A stretch of DNA of 64,000 bases, taken from Camelus dromedarius. Taxonomy: Eukaryota. Position numbers and translations under genes: made by a program. Location: the NCBI RefSeq assembly GCF_036321535.1, contig NC_087437.1, forward strand, positions 12,712,001-12,776,000, given 5' to 3'. This document shows positions 51,401 to 64,000 of this stretch, piece after piece. Each line of letters opens with the position of its first letter. The stretch's first letter is position 1. Under the pieces are notes generated by a model. The model made no database searches, was not told where the DNA came from, and worked only from the letters and a program-made list of their open reading frames with translations.

Positions 51401-51849
51401 CACAATGTACACAGGTGATACAGGGCTGTGGCTGTGACCACTATTTTCAAGGTTGAGAACAATCCGCAGGTCAGCTTCTTTCTGTATTTCACATTCTCGG
51501 GAAGATGTTCACATAAAGATTTTCTGATTACTACCTGCCAGGCTGGTCAGTCCGCTGCTTTGATTTCCTGGAGGTTCAGTTTGTACTGCACTGTTTGAAG
51601 TTGTTCGTCAGTATGCGCTTAAAATTCTCATTCCGCTGAGGCTGCTAAGATGAACTCTAATGAAGTCCACCACACAGCAGACACCAAGCAGTCAGTCCCT
51701 CCTACAGACACCCAGCAGGGTAGCTGGATTTCAGGAAATTTTAATCCAATGCTGGCGAACTGTGTTGCTCATGAATCTTATTTTCGGTTATTCCAATTTT
51801 CTTCACTGAGGTCCAATGTGAACACGATCAGTTCCCACTGCACTTAATC

Positions 51850-52380
51850 TTATTAACATGCCTGCAGGCCCCGGAGCCACCTCTGGATCGCCAGCGTGAT
51901 CACGTCCTTCCCTTGCCCGAACTCCTGCATGTCTCCTAGTGTGTAACTGCAAGGCCTGACACCTGCTCACCTCTCTAGTCAGCTTCCCAGTATTCTCCCC
52001 ATATTCCCTCCGACTTCCTCTTCTCCAAATGTGCCAGATGTTTCTCACGTCGGTACTTCTGCACACACTATTTCTCACACCCCAGAACACCCACCCCTTC
52101 CACATCCTGTCCCCACACTGAGAAACTCTCTCCTCTAAAAGTGCACTCAGATATTACGTCTTCTGCAAGGCCTGGCTCGAGGCAGTGGCTCATACTCTGT
52201 CTCTCACACACCCATATTCTCCCAGCGCCCACCCCACTGATCTGAACAGCTGGTCCACGTGTCTTCCTCCTACACAAGTCTGTGCTCACCTTGGGCTTGC
52301 CTCTTAACTCACCAAGACGTCCTAAGTGCGGAGCACAGCGTCCGACAACGCGCTCATTTGCTGAATGACTGAGTGACTCA
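51850..52380 (+). mobile_element. L2 3' fragment in NGLY1 intron 10
   Basis: Pyrimidine-rich L2-like sequence ending ...atttgctgaatgactgagtga. Confidence 0.6.
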
Positions 52381-52569
52381 GTTGTGTATGTAATGCCATA
52401 CACCTAAAGGTGCTAAAATGACTCCAGTGACAAAGAGAATGATGGAACTGCTCAAAAATGCTGAGCATCTAAGAACACCCAAGGGACACAGTCTGCAAGA
52501 AGAGAGTATCCATGGTGCGCGACGTAGCCCCCGGCGGGTGCAGAATGTATGCCATAAACGCTCAACCGC

Positions 52570-53110
52570 TTTCTCATATCCGCCAAGCTTTACTAAACGT
52601 TCACCGTACCAGGCACTACGCTAGATCTATGAATACCGAGAGTACAAGAGTGCGCAGGAGAAGCCCGGGAAGTGTTTACAGTCTAGAAGGAGACAGTATA
52701 AACAAGCTATTCTCACATGTATTCATAGAATAAACGTCATATGGAGAGTACATGACACAATGAGTCGATTAGGGGAAAAAGGACCTGGGTGGCTGGACCG
52801 GAGGGAATGAGGCTTATGCTAAGTTCTAGGAACAACTCTAACCAAAAGGAAAGAAAAGAGGTTCTGTGGAGAGGGGGGCAGGGCAGGACAGCTGCAACGT
52901 GGCGAGCAGGGGGAGCCTGGTGCAAGGCGAGGGCGAGGCGGCAGCAAGGGCGGACCCCGAGAGCCTGGAGCGGCTCCTCACTGAGAGCACTCAGGAGCAG
53001 ATGGGGTCTTGAGAATGTTCTTCTGGCCACAGCACGGAGAACATCTCTGAAGGGACCAGGGCGATGCAGGGAGACTGGATAGGAAGCTATTAACATCACT
53101 TTACCAAGAT
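52570..53110 (-). mobile_element. L2 3' fragment in the opposite orientation
   Basis: caagctttactaaacgttcaccgtaccaggcactacgctag... followed by purine-rich L2-like sequence. Confidence 0.6.
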
Positions 53111-55318
53111 GTTATCACCTTCCTCCTAAAAAGTAGTCTGGTCTTCTTAGCTTTTTATGTTCAAGTCCAGACATCACTGAACAGCACATTTGCTAAGTAG
53201 CAAAATGCAGTGAGTGTCTGTGCTGCTGGGAGGCTGCCTCTTTGAGGGGGTACGAACCCGTTCTAAACACCTAAGGGCAGGCTTCATGCGATCTGTCACG
53301 ACTCCTGCCTGCAGATCACTAAGGAAAGGTGTGGTGGAAATACGCTTCTACTCTTTAGTGGAGTTAGAGACTCCCTAACTGGGGACAAGCTAGAACAGAA
53401 CCAAAAATACTGATTTAGGTGAAAAATTCAAGATTTAATGGCAATATACTACTTCTGAGTTATCCACTAGTCTCTGCAAGGGTAGTTATGATTCTAGTAT
53501 TTTTCTTCATTTAGTACAAAATATTTTAACTGGAAATATTCATTCAGCTTTAAAAAAAAAGTATGTAGGCATAAACTTACTTAAGTAGGTGTTGCTTTGT
53601 ATTTAATGGCCTTCACATCTCGTCTACATTATGTAAATTCCCACACGGTACACCCTCTCTGGCCTCGATGATCTATGATGATCTATTTAAAGATCTCAAC
53701 GCACGCCTCGGACTCCACGCTGCGTGCCTGCTGCTCCCTGCCTCACGAACACCCTCTCTGCTTTCAGCGCCCGCTCCAGTGTCGCCCGCTCCTTGGAGCC
53801 TTGCCCAGCTCCCACAGCCAGGTCTAATTACTCCCTCCTGCTGTTTCCATGGCAATGTGCGATCTCCTCATTGCTGCTCCCTGCATCGCGGTTCAGACGG
53901 CTCTTCGTGCTTCGGCTTCTCCTGTTAGACTGCGAGGGCAGAAACTGTATCTTCATCTTCTCATCCACGCAGCTGAGAACAGCGCCTGGTGCAACACGCA
54001 CCCAGTACACATTTGCAGATGAACAAACTCATCAACAGGACACAGAAGAACATGCCACAGATGAGGCCTGTTTCTAGGCACATCGCTGGTTTCTCCATCA
54101 GCACTGGGGCTGGAAGGAAGGCGCGCTTTTTCTCCAGTTCAGCAAGCATAGACTAGTCCTTGGATAAATACCATGTCTATCCTGTCCTGCTTTCTTTTCA
54201 GAGCAATTTTTAAGGTAACGATAGTCTTCAGAAGTAGTTCATTCTCTCTCAGCAACCACATAGTCAATTACAGACACACACATCTTGAAATTTTAAAATT
54301 TATCTTGTTTTACACTTTATGCCCTTCTTTAACTAAAGAAGAAAGTACCTACATCTACAATCTCAATAATCCTATAAATTATTCTTGGCTTACTACAAAA
54401 AAGATGGTCAAAATAAGTTTAGAACAAAACACTATGATTAAAAAAAACCACAGGGACCTCACCTTTGTAAGCCTTTTATACTGATCAATGGCTGGTACAG
54501 TGATAACCATGCTGTAGATTCTCATATGCACCAGCAGCTGTTAATCTGTGACTCACTTTTTAAATCTATTCAGTGTCTTACAACTGAACAACTTCCCTTC
54601 TCACCCTTCACTCAGCAAGTTAAAGCTCCTTATAAGTTCATTCACTCCAATGAAATCTATCAGTAATATGGTTGGCTCTCCTGCGGTCATGCGAAAAGCT
54701 CTGAGCTTACTTTTGGTGCGTCTAAGGGGTAGGGCAGTTTAAAAGCAAAGCCTCTTTACTTGTTACAGATGACATGTGACAGTAACATTCAAGTTGTTAT
54801 AATGAACTACTACACTCCTAGCATCCATTTCTGCTTTATTTTTTAAAACACAGAGAAGAAATGACCAGTATTGCTGCTCGATCATCCACATTCTTATGAA
54901 ATGAAAGCATGTCAGATGCTCAGCTCTCGGGGACCGTGGACGAGATCTGCTGCAGTCCCTAACAGCCGGCCTTTAGCAGGCAACCAATACATATCTGTGA
55001 AGGAACTGGATAAAAATACACTCTACATACTCACGTGAAAATCAGTCACATGAGTTGGTCATACACTTGATTATTTTTCCCCATGAAAGAATTAAATTCT
55101 TCTTTGATGAAAATGGATACTTCCTTGATATAAACACACAAATTTCTAATAGACTTCTGATTAAACGTTGGGAGCAGAGTTTTCTTCTCCAGGTTTAAGG
55201 ATTACTAAAAATAATTCTAATACCAGTTTTCACATTATGCACGGCTGGAAAATGAAGCCAATCTATATTTGTCTGAAAAAATGACTAAGGTTTGAAACAG
55301 TTCCATGCATTAAGTTAC

Positions 55319-55504
55319 CATGTTCCAGTCTGTTTCAACTTTTCTGAATATGGACTCCATTTTCCACACACCATTCTCCCATCCAGAAATGGTTTGGTTA
55401 TTAGTTGAAACTCGGACGTAACAGTTTTTTACAACATTATAGCAAAGGTGGAGCTGTTTAGAAATCTTCTCATTTTCAGAGGGGATGAACACGATTTCTT
55501 TACT
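55319..55504 (-). CDS. NGLY1: NGLY1 exon 10
   Basis: ttttaag acceptor and gtaact donor, 186 nt: [62 protein letters not shown]. Confidence 0.96.
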
Positions 55505-55769
55505 CTTAAAAAGAAAGCAGAATTAGTTTTTTAATGTAATGGAAAACAGATACATAGAGGCACCACTATGTATAATAGTTAAGAGATTCCTTCAACTTCA
55601 AAATGAAAAATCGGTGCCACTGGAAACTCTGGAAAATATTTTATAGGTTAAATATGATCAGTATGATGCTGACACAGCATCAAACACCACTCGGCAGAAA
55701 ACAAGAGATGTAAACTGTAGCTCTGGCTTACACTTTTGTGACTTAGTGTCAGCGTGAATTCATTCCTAC

Positions 55770-56200
55770 ACCACCACCATCTTTTAACTGGACTACTGCC
55801 GTTGTCTCCAAAAGCTCACTCTCCACTTTCAAGGCTTAACCTCTCCACAGAGCAATGAAAGTGACTTAAAAAATGTAAACTGGGATACATCACTTTCTTG
55901 CTTAACTCGCTCTGCTGACTTCCCACTGTACCAAAGCTCCAAACCTCTACCAAGGCTCACAGGGCCCTGAAAGGCTCGTCCCCTGCCTCCTTCTCCAGCC
56001 AGACCTCTCCTGTCTCTGTGCTCCCACCATGCTACTTTTCCCTCAGTGCCTTACAAGGGTCAGCTCCTTCCTGCCTCAGGGCCTTGGCACAAGCTGTTCC
56101 CTCTGTCTGGAATGCCATTCTTTCTACTTTTCATATACTTGATTCTTTCTCATCCTTCAGGCCTCAGCCTAAGGCCACTTCATCAGTGTCCTTTCCTGAC
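55770..56200 (+). mobile_element. L2 fragment
   Basis: ccttcctgcctcagggccttggcacaagctgttccctctgtctggaatgc is a characteristic L2 segment. Confidence 0.75.
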
Positions 56201-56449
56201 AGTTGAAGGTAGGAGAGTGCCTGGAAGGGACAGCTGGACACAATCTTCAGCACGTCTGAAACTGCTACAAAAGCTCATGTTTTACCTTAAAATTCCAGGC
56301 AAATTTTGTATTCTACTACAAAATAAATCAACATTTATTTTAATGTAAATAGTCCCCTGAAATCACTGAGTGGCTCTAGAGTTTGAGAAAGACGATGTAT
56401 CTATCCTGTGTCTTCACGTGCCCGACACAACGTTCCCGCCCCTCTGGAC

Positions 56450-56640
56450 ATGAGCACAGCAGCACTGCGGGTCAGGCCGTTCCACCTGGTGGGGGGGCCC
56501 TGTGCATTGCAGGCTGCTTGGCAGCGCTGACCCACTAGATGCCAGTGGTACCGCCCCTCTCAGTAGTGACTCCCACAATGTCCCCAGACGTTGCCAAATG
56601 TCTCCTGGAGGGCAAAATCATCCACCGTTGAGAACTACTG
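56450..56640. mobile_element. MER20-like hAT-Charlie DNA transposon
   Basis: ccctgtgcattgcagg...acccactagatgccagt...ccagacgttgccaaatgtctcctggagggcaaaatc...ttgagaactactg. Confidence 0.82.
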
Positions 56641-58194
56641 CTCTAGTCTGTGTCAACGTCTTGCTTTTTACTAATCAGTTTAGTAATCAATCAAGGTAAT
56701 AGATGATGCTTTTTTTTTGTTAAACATTGGGTAGTAGGTATTAAACAATATAGAAATCTCAAATGTACAAGGATCACTAAGTAGACTATAAAACATCTTA
56801 GAGCTGGAAAGAGAAGAGTATTTACAAATGTATAAACAAAACGACAATCCCTAGTAGAGCCCGTGATTATTACTGCCGAACAGATAAGGTCAGAAAAAAG
56901 CAGTCTATCATTTTTAGAGAGTGACTTTATCACTATGAATTAGTAAACTGCACTTTAAAACAAGCATAGAACAATACTTCCCAGTTCATTTTTTTCTCTT
57001 CTTTAGCAAAGATATTTCAGAGCATTGACAATAAACTAAATGGAATTAAAATTTTAAGGTAGCATTATCTACTATTTTTACCAAAATTAACTGATTACTA
57101 AAGAGAAAAGAAAAATAAGTGTTACTGAACGTATCATTTATAAACTTAGTCTTTCATGAATTCTTTAAACACTAACATTAGGATAAAACTTTTTTTTTAT
57201 GAAAATGATATCACCAGTATTTCCTTTTTTTCCGATTGATTTCAAGGTATAGTTCCCTAAATTTTTAGGACTGATATTTTTCAATATACTTTTAAAACGA
57301 ACATCTAATTCTAAAGACAAGAATCATTTTTTAAATCCATGGTCCTCATATGGTCTCCAGTAATTGAGAAATTTTAGAAATTTTCAAAAGCGAAAACAAT
57401 CTGGGCAGCACATGACCCAGTTCATATTTTTAAAGTTTAATCAATTTATATGCTACGCAAGAGGAAGCACACCCATCCATAAAAAGAAAAAGAAACGAAG
57501 ACCTAAATACCCATGTTTTAAATTGAACACAGCTGTGAATTACAGTAGCTCTTTTAAATTGGCTTCATTTAGATTTATACTTGTAACTTGCACTGCATCA
57601 GCAGTGATCTGAAATATTTTTGAATTTAGACCTTATAATTCTATGGTTCAACCAATACTTCGAACTGCCAGCTAAAGATGATGGGATAAATTAAAAAGCA
57701 AATATAGTTTATTAGGGATAACTCACCCCTTAGGGACATATTTCTTTATTAGAGAAATTAGTTGTCACAAATTAAGAAAAACAAAACTTTGGAACCCTTT
57801 GATATTGCTACTGTGATGGATTATTTTCTTCTCAAGCACTTTTCATTATATATCTTTAGACATTTATATTAAATGCTTTTTAGTGAGTCAACTTTAAGCT
57901 TCCTAAGGGCAAAGGACAGTCTACTGCACGTCTTTAACGCCCATCACAGAGCACAGTGCTTTTCAGCTAGCCTCTAACTCTAGAAATTACACTTTCATTG
58001 TGCATTATTTAATTTCAGGGGATTAATCAAATGATAATATCTTAAAATAAGTTTGACTATGTAATAATACTCACATCAACAATTTCTAGCCAAAACCAGA
58101 TGTATGCAAGTATATAATAAAAAATAAACATTTTGTTCAGCTGCATTACACAGATTCTATTATTTATCCCACTGCATTTCATCAAGTTTTCACA

Positions 58195-59460
58195 GAATTG
58201 AACAGGACTTCACAACACAGGATATCCAAAAGTTTAAAGAATAAACATTCAACATCATTAGTCAGCACCAAAATGCAAATTAAAAACCACCATATAATAA
58301 TACTATATACCACTAGATATGCTAACAAGAAAAAGATCATAGGCAAAGATGTAGAAAAATCTCATTTGCTGCTGCTAAGAGTGTAAACTGGCACAGCCAC
58401 TTTCGAAAACTGTTTGGCAGCATCTGAACGTCCTCATACTCCACGACCCAGCTGTTCTGCACCTAGGTATGCACCCACCTGAAACGCATGCACACATTCA
58501 CTGAAAACACGTCTGTGAATGTTTACAGCAGCACAATTTTTTTAAATTGAAGTACAGTTGATTTACAATGTTGTGTTAATTTCAGGTGTGCAGCAAAGTG
58601 ATTCAGTTATATATATTTTTTTCAGATTATTTTCCACTCTAGGTTATTATAAGATACTGAATATATCTCTATGCTATATGGTAAATATATATCCTTGTTG
58701 CTTTATTATTTTATATACAGTAGTGTGTATCTGTTAATCCCCTACTCCTAATCCATCTCCCTCCCCTGTGGTAATCGTAAGTTTGTTTTCTATGTCTGTG
58801 AGTCTGTTTCTGTTTTGTAAATAGGTTCATTGGTACTATTTTTTAGATTCCACATATAAGTGAGATCATATAATATTTGTCTTTCCCTGTCTCATTATTT
58901 CACTTGTTCTGACAGTCTATAGGTCCATCCATGTTGCTACCAATGGCAACATTTCATTTTTTTATGGTTGAGTAATATTCCACTGTGTGAGCGTTGATGG
59001 ACATTTAGGCTGCTTCCACGTCTTGGTTATTACAAATAGCATAGCAGCATAGCTTTAAACTAAAATCGAAAAATAATCCAAATACCCAATAGTGATGCGG
59101 ATAAATTATAGTATATTCACACAGTGGAATATTATACAGCAATGAGAATAACATGCTATAAATATGCAGCAATAAGTATGAATCTCACTAATGTTAGGAG
59201 AAAAAGACCACCCACAACAGAGTACATCCTATATGATTCCATTTACATAAAGCACAGTAACAAGCAAAACTAGTCCAAGATGTTAGAGATCAGGACAACG
59301 GTCACTCTTAGGGGTGAAAGGTAGTGACTGGAAAAGAAATCATGGTTGTTTCTGACATCTGGTTGTCTATTTCTTATTCTGGTTAGGGGGTAACCACAAT
59401 CTGTGAAAATTTGTTAAGCTGTACACTTACACTTTGTGCATTTTTATGTACTACGGTAAC
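58195..59460 (+). mobile_element. Ancient L1 fragment in NGLY1 intron 9, split by an opposite-strand L1
   Basis: cattcaacatcattagtcagcaccaaaatgcaaattaaaaaccac...; the 3' UTR resumes after 59040. Confidence 0.8.
58537..59040 (-). mobile_element. Younger L1 3' end, minus strand
   Basis: Poly-T then ttgaagtacagttgatttacaatgttgtg...gtgagtctgtttctgtttt; reverse-complement similarity to 1540-1920. Confidence 0.87.
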
Positions 59461-59709
59461 AGTTACACGGCACTAGAAATTTACATAAGGTAATCAATGA
59501 AAAAACTCTTTTAACTGCTTTGTTAAACTCTTATATGTAATTATACTATGCCAATCAATAATTGGTTCTCTTCAAATGTTTACATTTTTAAACAATTACT
59601 CTGAAAAGTTCATGGAAAGGTCATGGCCAATGCATTTTTCTGTAAGTAAAGGGCACTGGATAGGAAGTGGGAAAGTGAGGAGATCATCACGCTGTAATGA
59701 GTTAAATAC

Positions 59710-59874
59710 CTCTGGACCCGTTTCACCTCGGGCTGCTCTCCACGCCAATGACCCAGATATCCTTCCACCAAGTTCCCCAGGCTTAGGGCTTTTGGGAGAT
59801 ATAAATTCAACAAGCTCCACAATTATCCTCTGGAGAAGTTCTTTTCTTCTGTTTTCTGACAAAGATATTTGCCT
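59710..59874 (-). CDS. NGLY1: NGLY1 exon 9
   Basis: ttacag acceptor and gtattt donor, 165 nt: [55 protein letters not shown]. Confidence 0.97.
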
Positions 59875-61073
59875 CTGTAATTCATGTTTGAAAAAAAGAG
59901 TCATTAAAATTAGGGGAATGTAGAGGTCCATCTCTAAGTATGAATATAATTAAGGCATTGCATTTTAACAGGATCTTGAAAGAAGTAACCACTTTTATTT
60001 TCATACACATAATTATTTGGAAAATAGGGCACACACTGTGGAAACTTAAAACAATTTTACCAATTTTATGTGAAGAAATCATTTAACACCCATACTTCCC
60101 ATGCCTGTGTCAGACCAACTGTCCTGCTAGCAACAGCGAGGGAGGCAGGACACACACACACGACACGCACATACCAACCCCCGTCTGAACACAGCAGAAA
60201 GCTACCGAGGTAGCCAGAACTGAGGAGGCTAAGATCCCAAGGGAAGAAATAAACACGTGACCTGAACAGCGCCTCTTCTCCCCAGGCATCCACCAATTAT
60301 TAAGTGGCACAAAAAGCCAGGCACAGAACAGGCTAAAGCACAAAGCAGAATTTGCAGCAGTATTTTCAGTGCTGGGGAGTAAATAATTGGAGTTCAGGGC
60401 CTTCCAAGGCTCTAGTAAATACTCCAGGCTTTCAGCTTAGGCTCTCGGAAGGGCCACACACTAGAAGGAAAGTGAAATTCCAGGTAGAATGAAATCCACC
60501 TTGAGTCTCAGGCCCTGCAAGCTGATCCTCCCTACTCTAACTGCCTGCCGGAAGCAAAATTCATTGTTTCTTAAATCATGAAAAATAACATGCATCTATA
60601 TAGTGAAACCTTCAGTGCTGCCGAAGTGGTATAAAATCAAAGCTGAAACTTCCCTTTTGGACTCCCATTCCTATTCCCAGAAATAGTCATTGTTAACAAT
60701 TTCCTGTGCCTTGTTTCAGAAATTTCCATACATGGACAAGTGCTGAGTGTGAGTGTGTACAATTATATTCGAGACACAATTACTCTGAAAAACAAGGCAA
60801 CATACTTTTTTTATGTCAAGTATCACATATACTGAAATTCTGTTTCACTAATCTTTGAGATGTGACAATTTAATGCAAAAAAACCCCACCCCCATGATAT
60901 TTAAAATGAGTCCTCAAAATTTTCAACGAACAGGAAGATATTTAACATATTTAAATGTTTTTGTTTGCAAAATAATGCTACTATTTTAAGAACTTCAATA
61001 GGTTAAAAATTGGCTACTCCTGATTAAAGAATTTCAAATGTCCTCTCAAAAATAACAAATGCCCATCACATAC

Positions 61074-61184
61074 CTGCTTATTAAGTCCATTAATAGTTTC
61101 TCGAAGTAACTCTTCCTTAATTTCTGTTCTTCTGGAGATTACCTCTTCATGTTTACAAGAATATCGCCAAGTGACATCAACCAC
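61074..61184 (-). CDS. NGLY1: NGLY1 exon 8 (absent from the ORF track)
   Basis: ttcaag acceptor and gtatgt donor, 111 nt: [37 protein letters not shown]. Confidence 0.96.
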
Positions 61185-61509
61185 CTTGAATTACAAGATA
61201 CAAATACTTAACAAGATTGCAATCATCAACCTTAATTTGCTAAATACCTAGAATGTAAGTAATTCTTAAATAGAATTTTAAAAATAGTATCCTTTGTTTA
61301 AAACCTGTGGGGAAAAAATTGAAAACAATGTACTTTTTATTCATTTTCTAATGGGTACACTTCCAAGAAAGACTATGATTATGGGATAAAATTTTCAGAA
61401 CATGTAGCTGTTTAAAATGTATCTACAAAGCTGATTTCACAAAATTCAACAAATAAAAACTCCATTTTCACTGTACTGAATATGTAAATTATGAATGTAA
61501 ATGAATATA

Positions 61510-62948
<1,439 letters not shown>

Positions 62949-63897
62949 TCAAGTGAGAGACAAGACAGCAACAAAAAAGGAAATAGAAGTCAAGTCTGTG
63001 AAGCCAGAATGACTTCCAACAACCATATACAAATGCCCAAGATGAGAACCACATAATACTTTCCAATATTCTAAATTTTAATCATTAAGGCTGAACATTT
63101 TGTGGCACACAAAACTCTAGAACACTTGTTTTCATTTCTCTATCTCTTTGAAATCCTTGAAAATGTTTTGGAAAATCTCCTTTAATACCATTTTAGGCTT
63201 AATTAAAAACAATGTGGGTTTTATAACTCTAAAAAAGGCAAATATAAAGAACAGCATCAAAAACATAGGACTAATGCACACAGTTTGCTAATGTAAAGGC
63301 GTTCATTCCACTTTGAAACTGCAGTCTCTCTAGACCTCTAAGATGCAGACCAGCGAGCAGTCCAACAGAGGATCTCTGGTTACTGATGGTCTACATCTGA
63401 CTGTAAGGGAAGGATAACTATTAAGTGAAGGTTTCATTTCATTCTAAGAAAACAAGAGAAATGCGAGTAAAAAAATCTAAGGAGAAGGAAACCCATTTTA
63501 ACATGTAAATGACACAAGTCATAACTAAATAAATAAGAGTAACACGAATTTCATATGGTTTTCATTATATTTTTACTGTATACTGAATTAAGATTACTAA
63601 ATCTTTTACACTACTCTCTACAAAAGTGAAGATTTCTACAGTACATTATTTCACGTTACTATCCATATAGAAACTGCATTACTAACAATGTCATGATAAA
63701 CTGTTAATACAAGAATGTTTTAGAGCGAAGGGCCAGGCAAAATGCTAGAGGTACTACAAACATCCTGTGATTTCCATAAAAAAACCTGTGAGGCCACTAT
63801 TACTGTCATTTTACAGAAGGCAAATGGAAACTCAGACTGACGAGACCAGACGGTGACAGACAGAGACGACACGGCCGGACCGCAAGCCCAGTCCCTA

Positions 63898-64000
<103 letters not shown>

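Noticed and set aside
51850..53110. Inverted L2 pair forming intronic dsRNA
   Set aside because: The copies are too diverged for me to see any extended complementarity.

Overview
Mammalian genomic DNA, most likely a camelid: it has two tRNA-Ala-derived vic-1-type SINEs, and I saw no Bov-tA/BovB, PRE-1 or Alu. The window covers the conserved TOP2B-NGLY1 interval with both genes on the minus strand. TOP2B contributes coding exon 1 (7373-7432), part of intron 1, and a CpG-island promoter with two CCAAT boxes and a GC box. NGLY1 contributes its last seven exons (exon 6 partial, exons 7-12; 47766-64000), which splice in phase to an intact C-terminus. The roughly 38 kb between the genes is mostly L1, L2, MIR, MaLR and DNA-transposon debris, with several nested insertions showing target-site duplications (TSDs). 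No prokaryotic-type system, CRISPR array or true tRNA/rRNA gene is present. Best leads: two uORFs in the TOP2B leader; a possible decayed plus-strand multi-exon gene in the intergenic region (speculative); a Thr-to-Met change near the NGLY1 catalytic Cys inside a GC/CpG-remodelled patch; an orphan retroposed insert inside an MLT1 LTR; and a CCAAT/TATA promoter-like element facing the NGLY1 3' end. Gene identities, human residue numbers and repeat family names come from my recall of known sequences, not from a database search; repeat boundaries are approximate unless a TSD is quoted.
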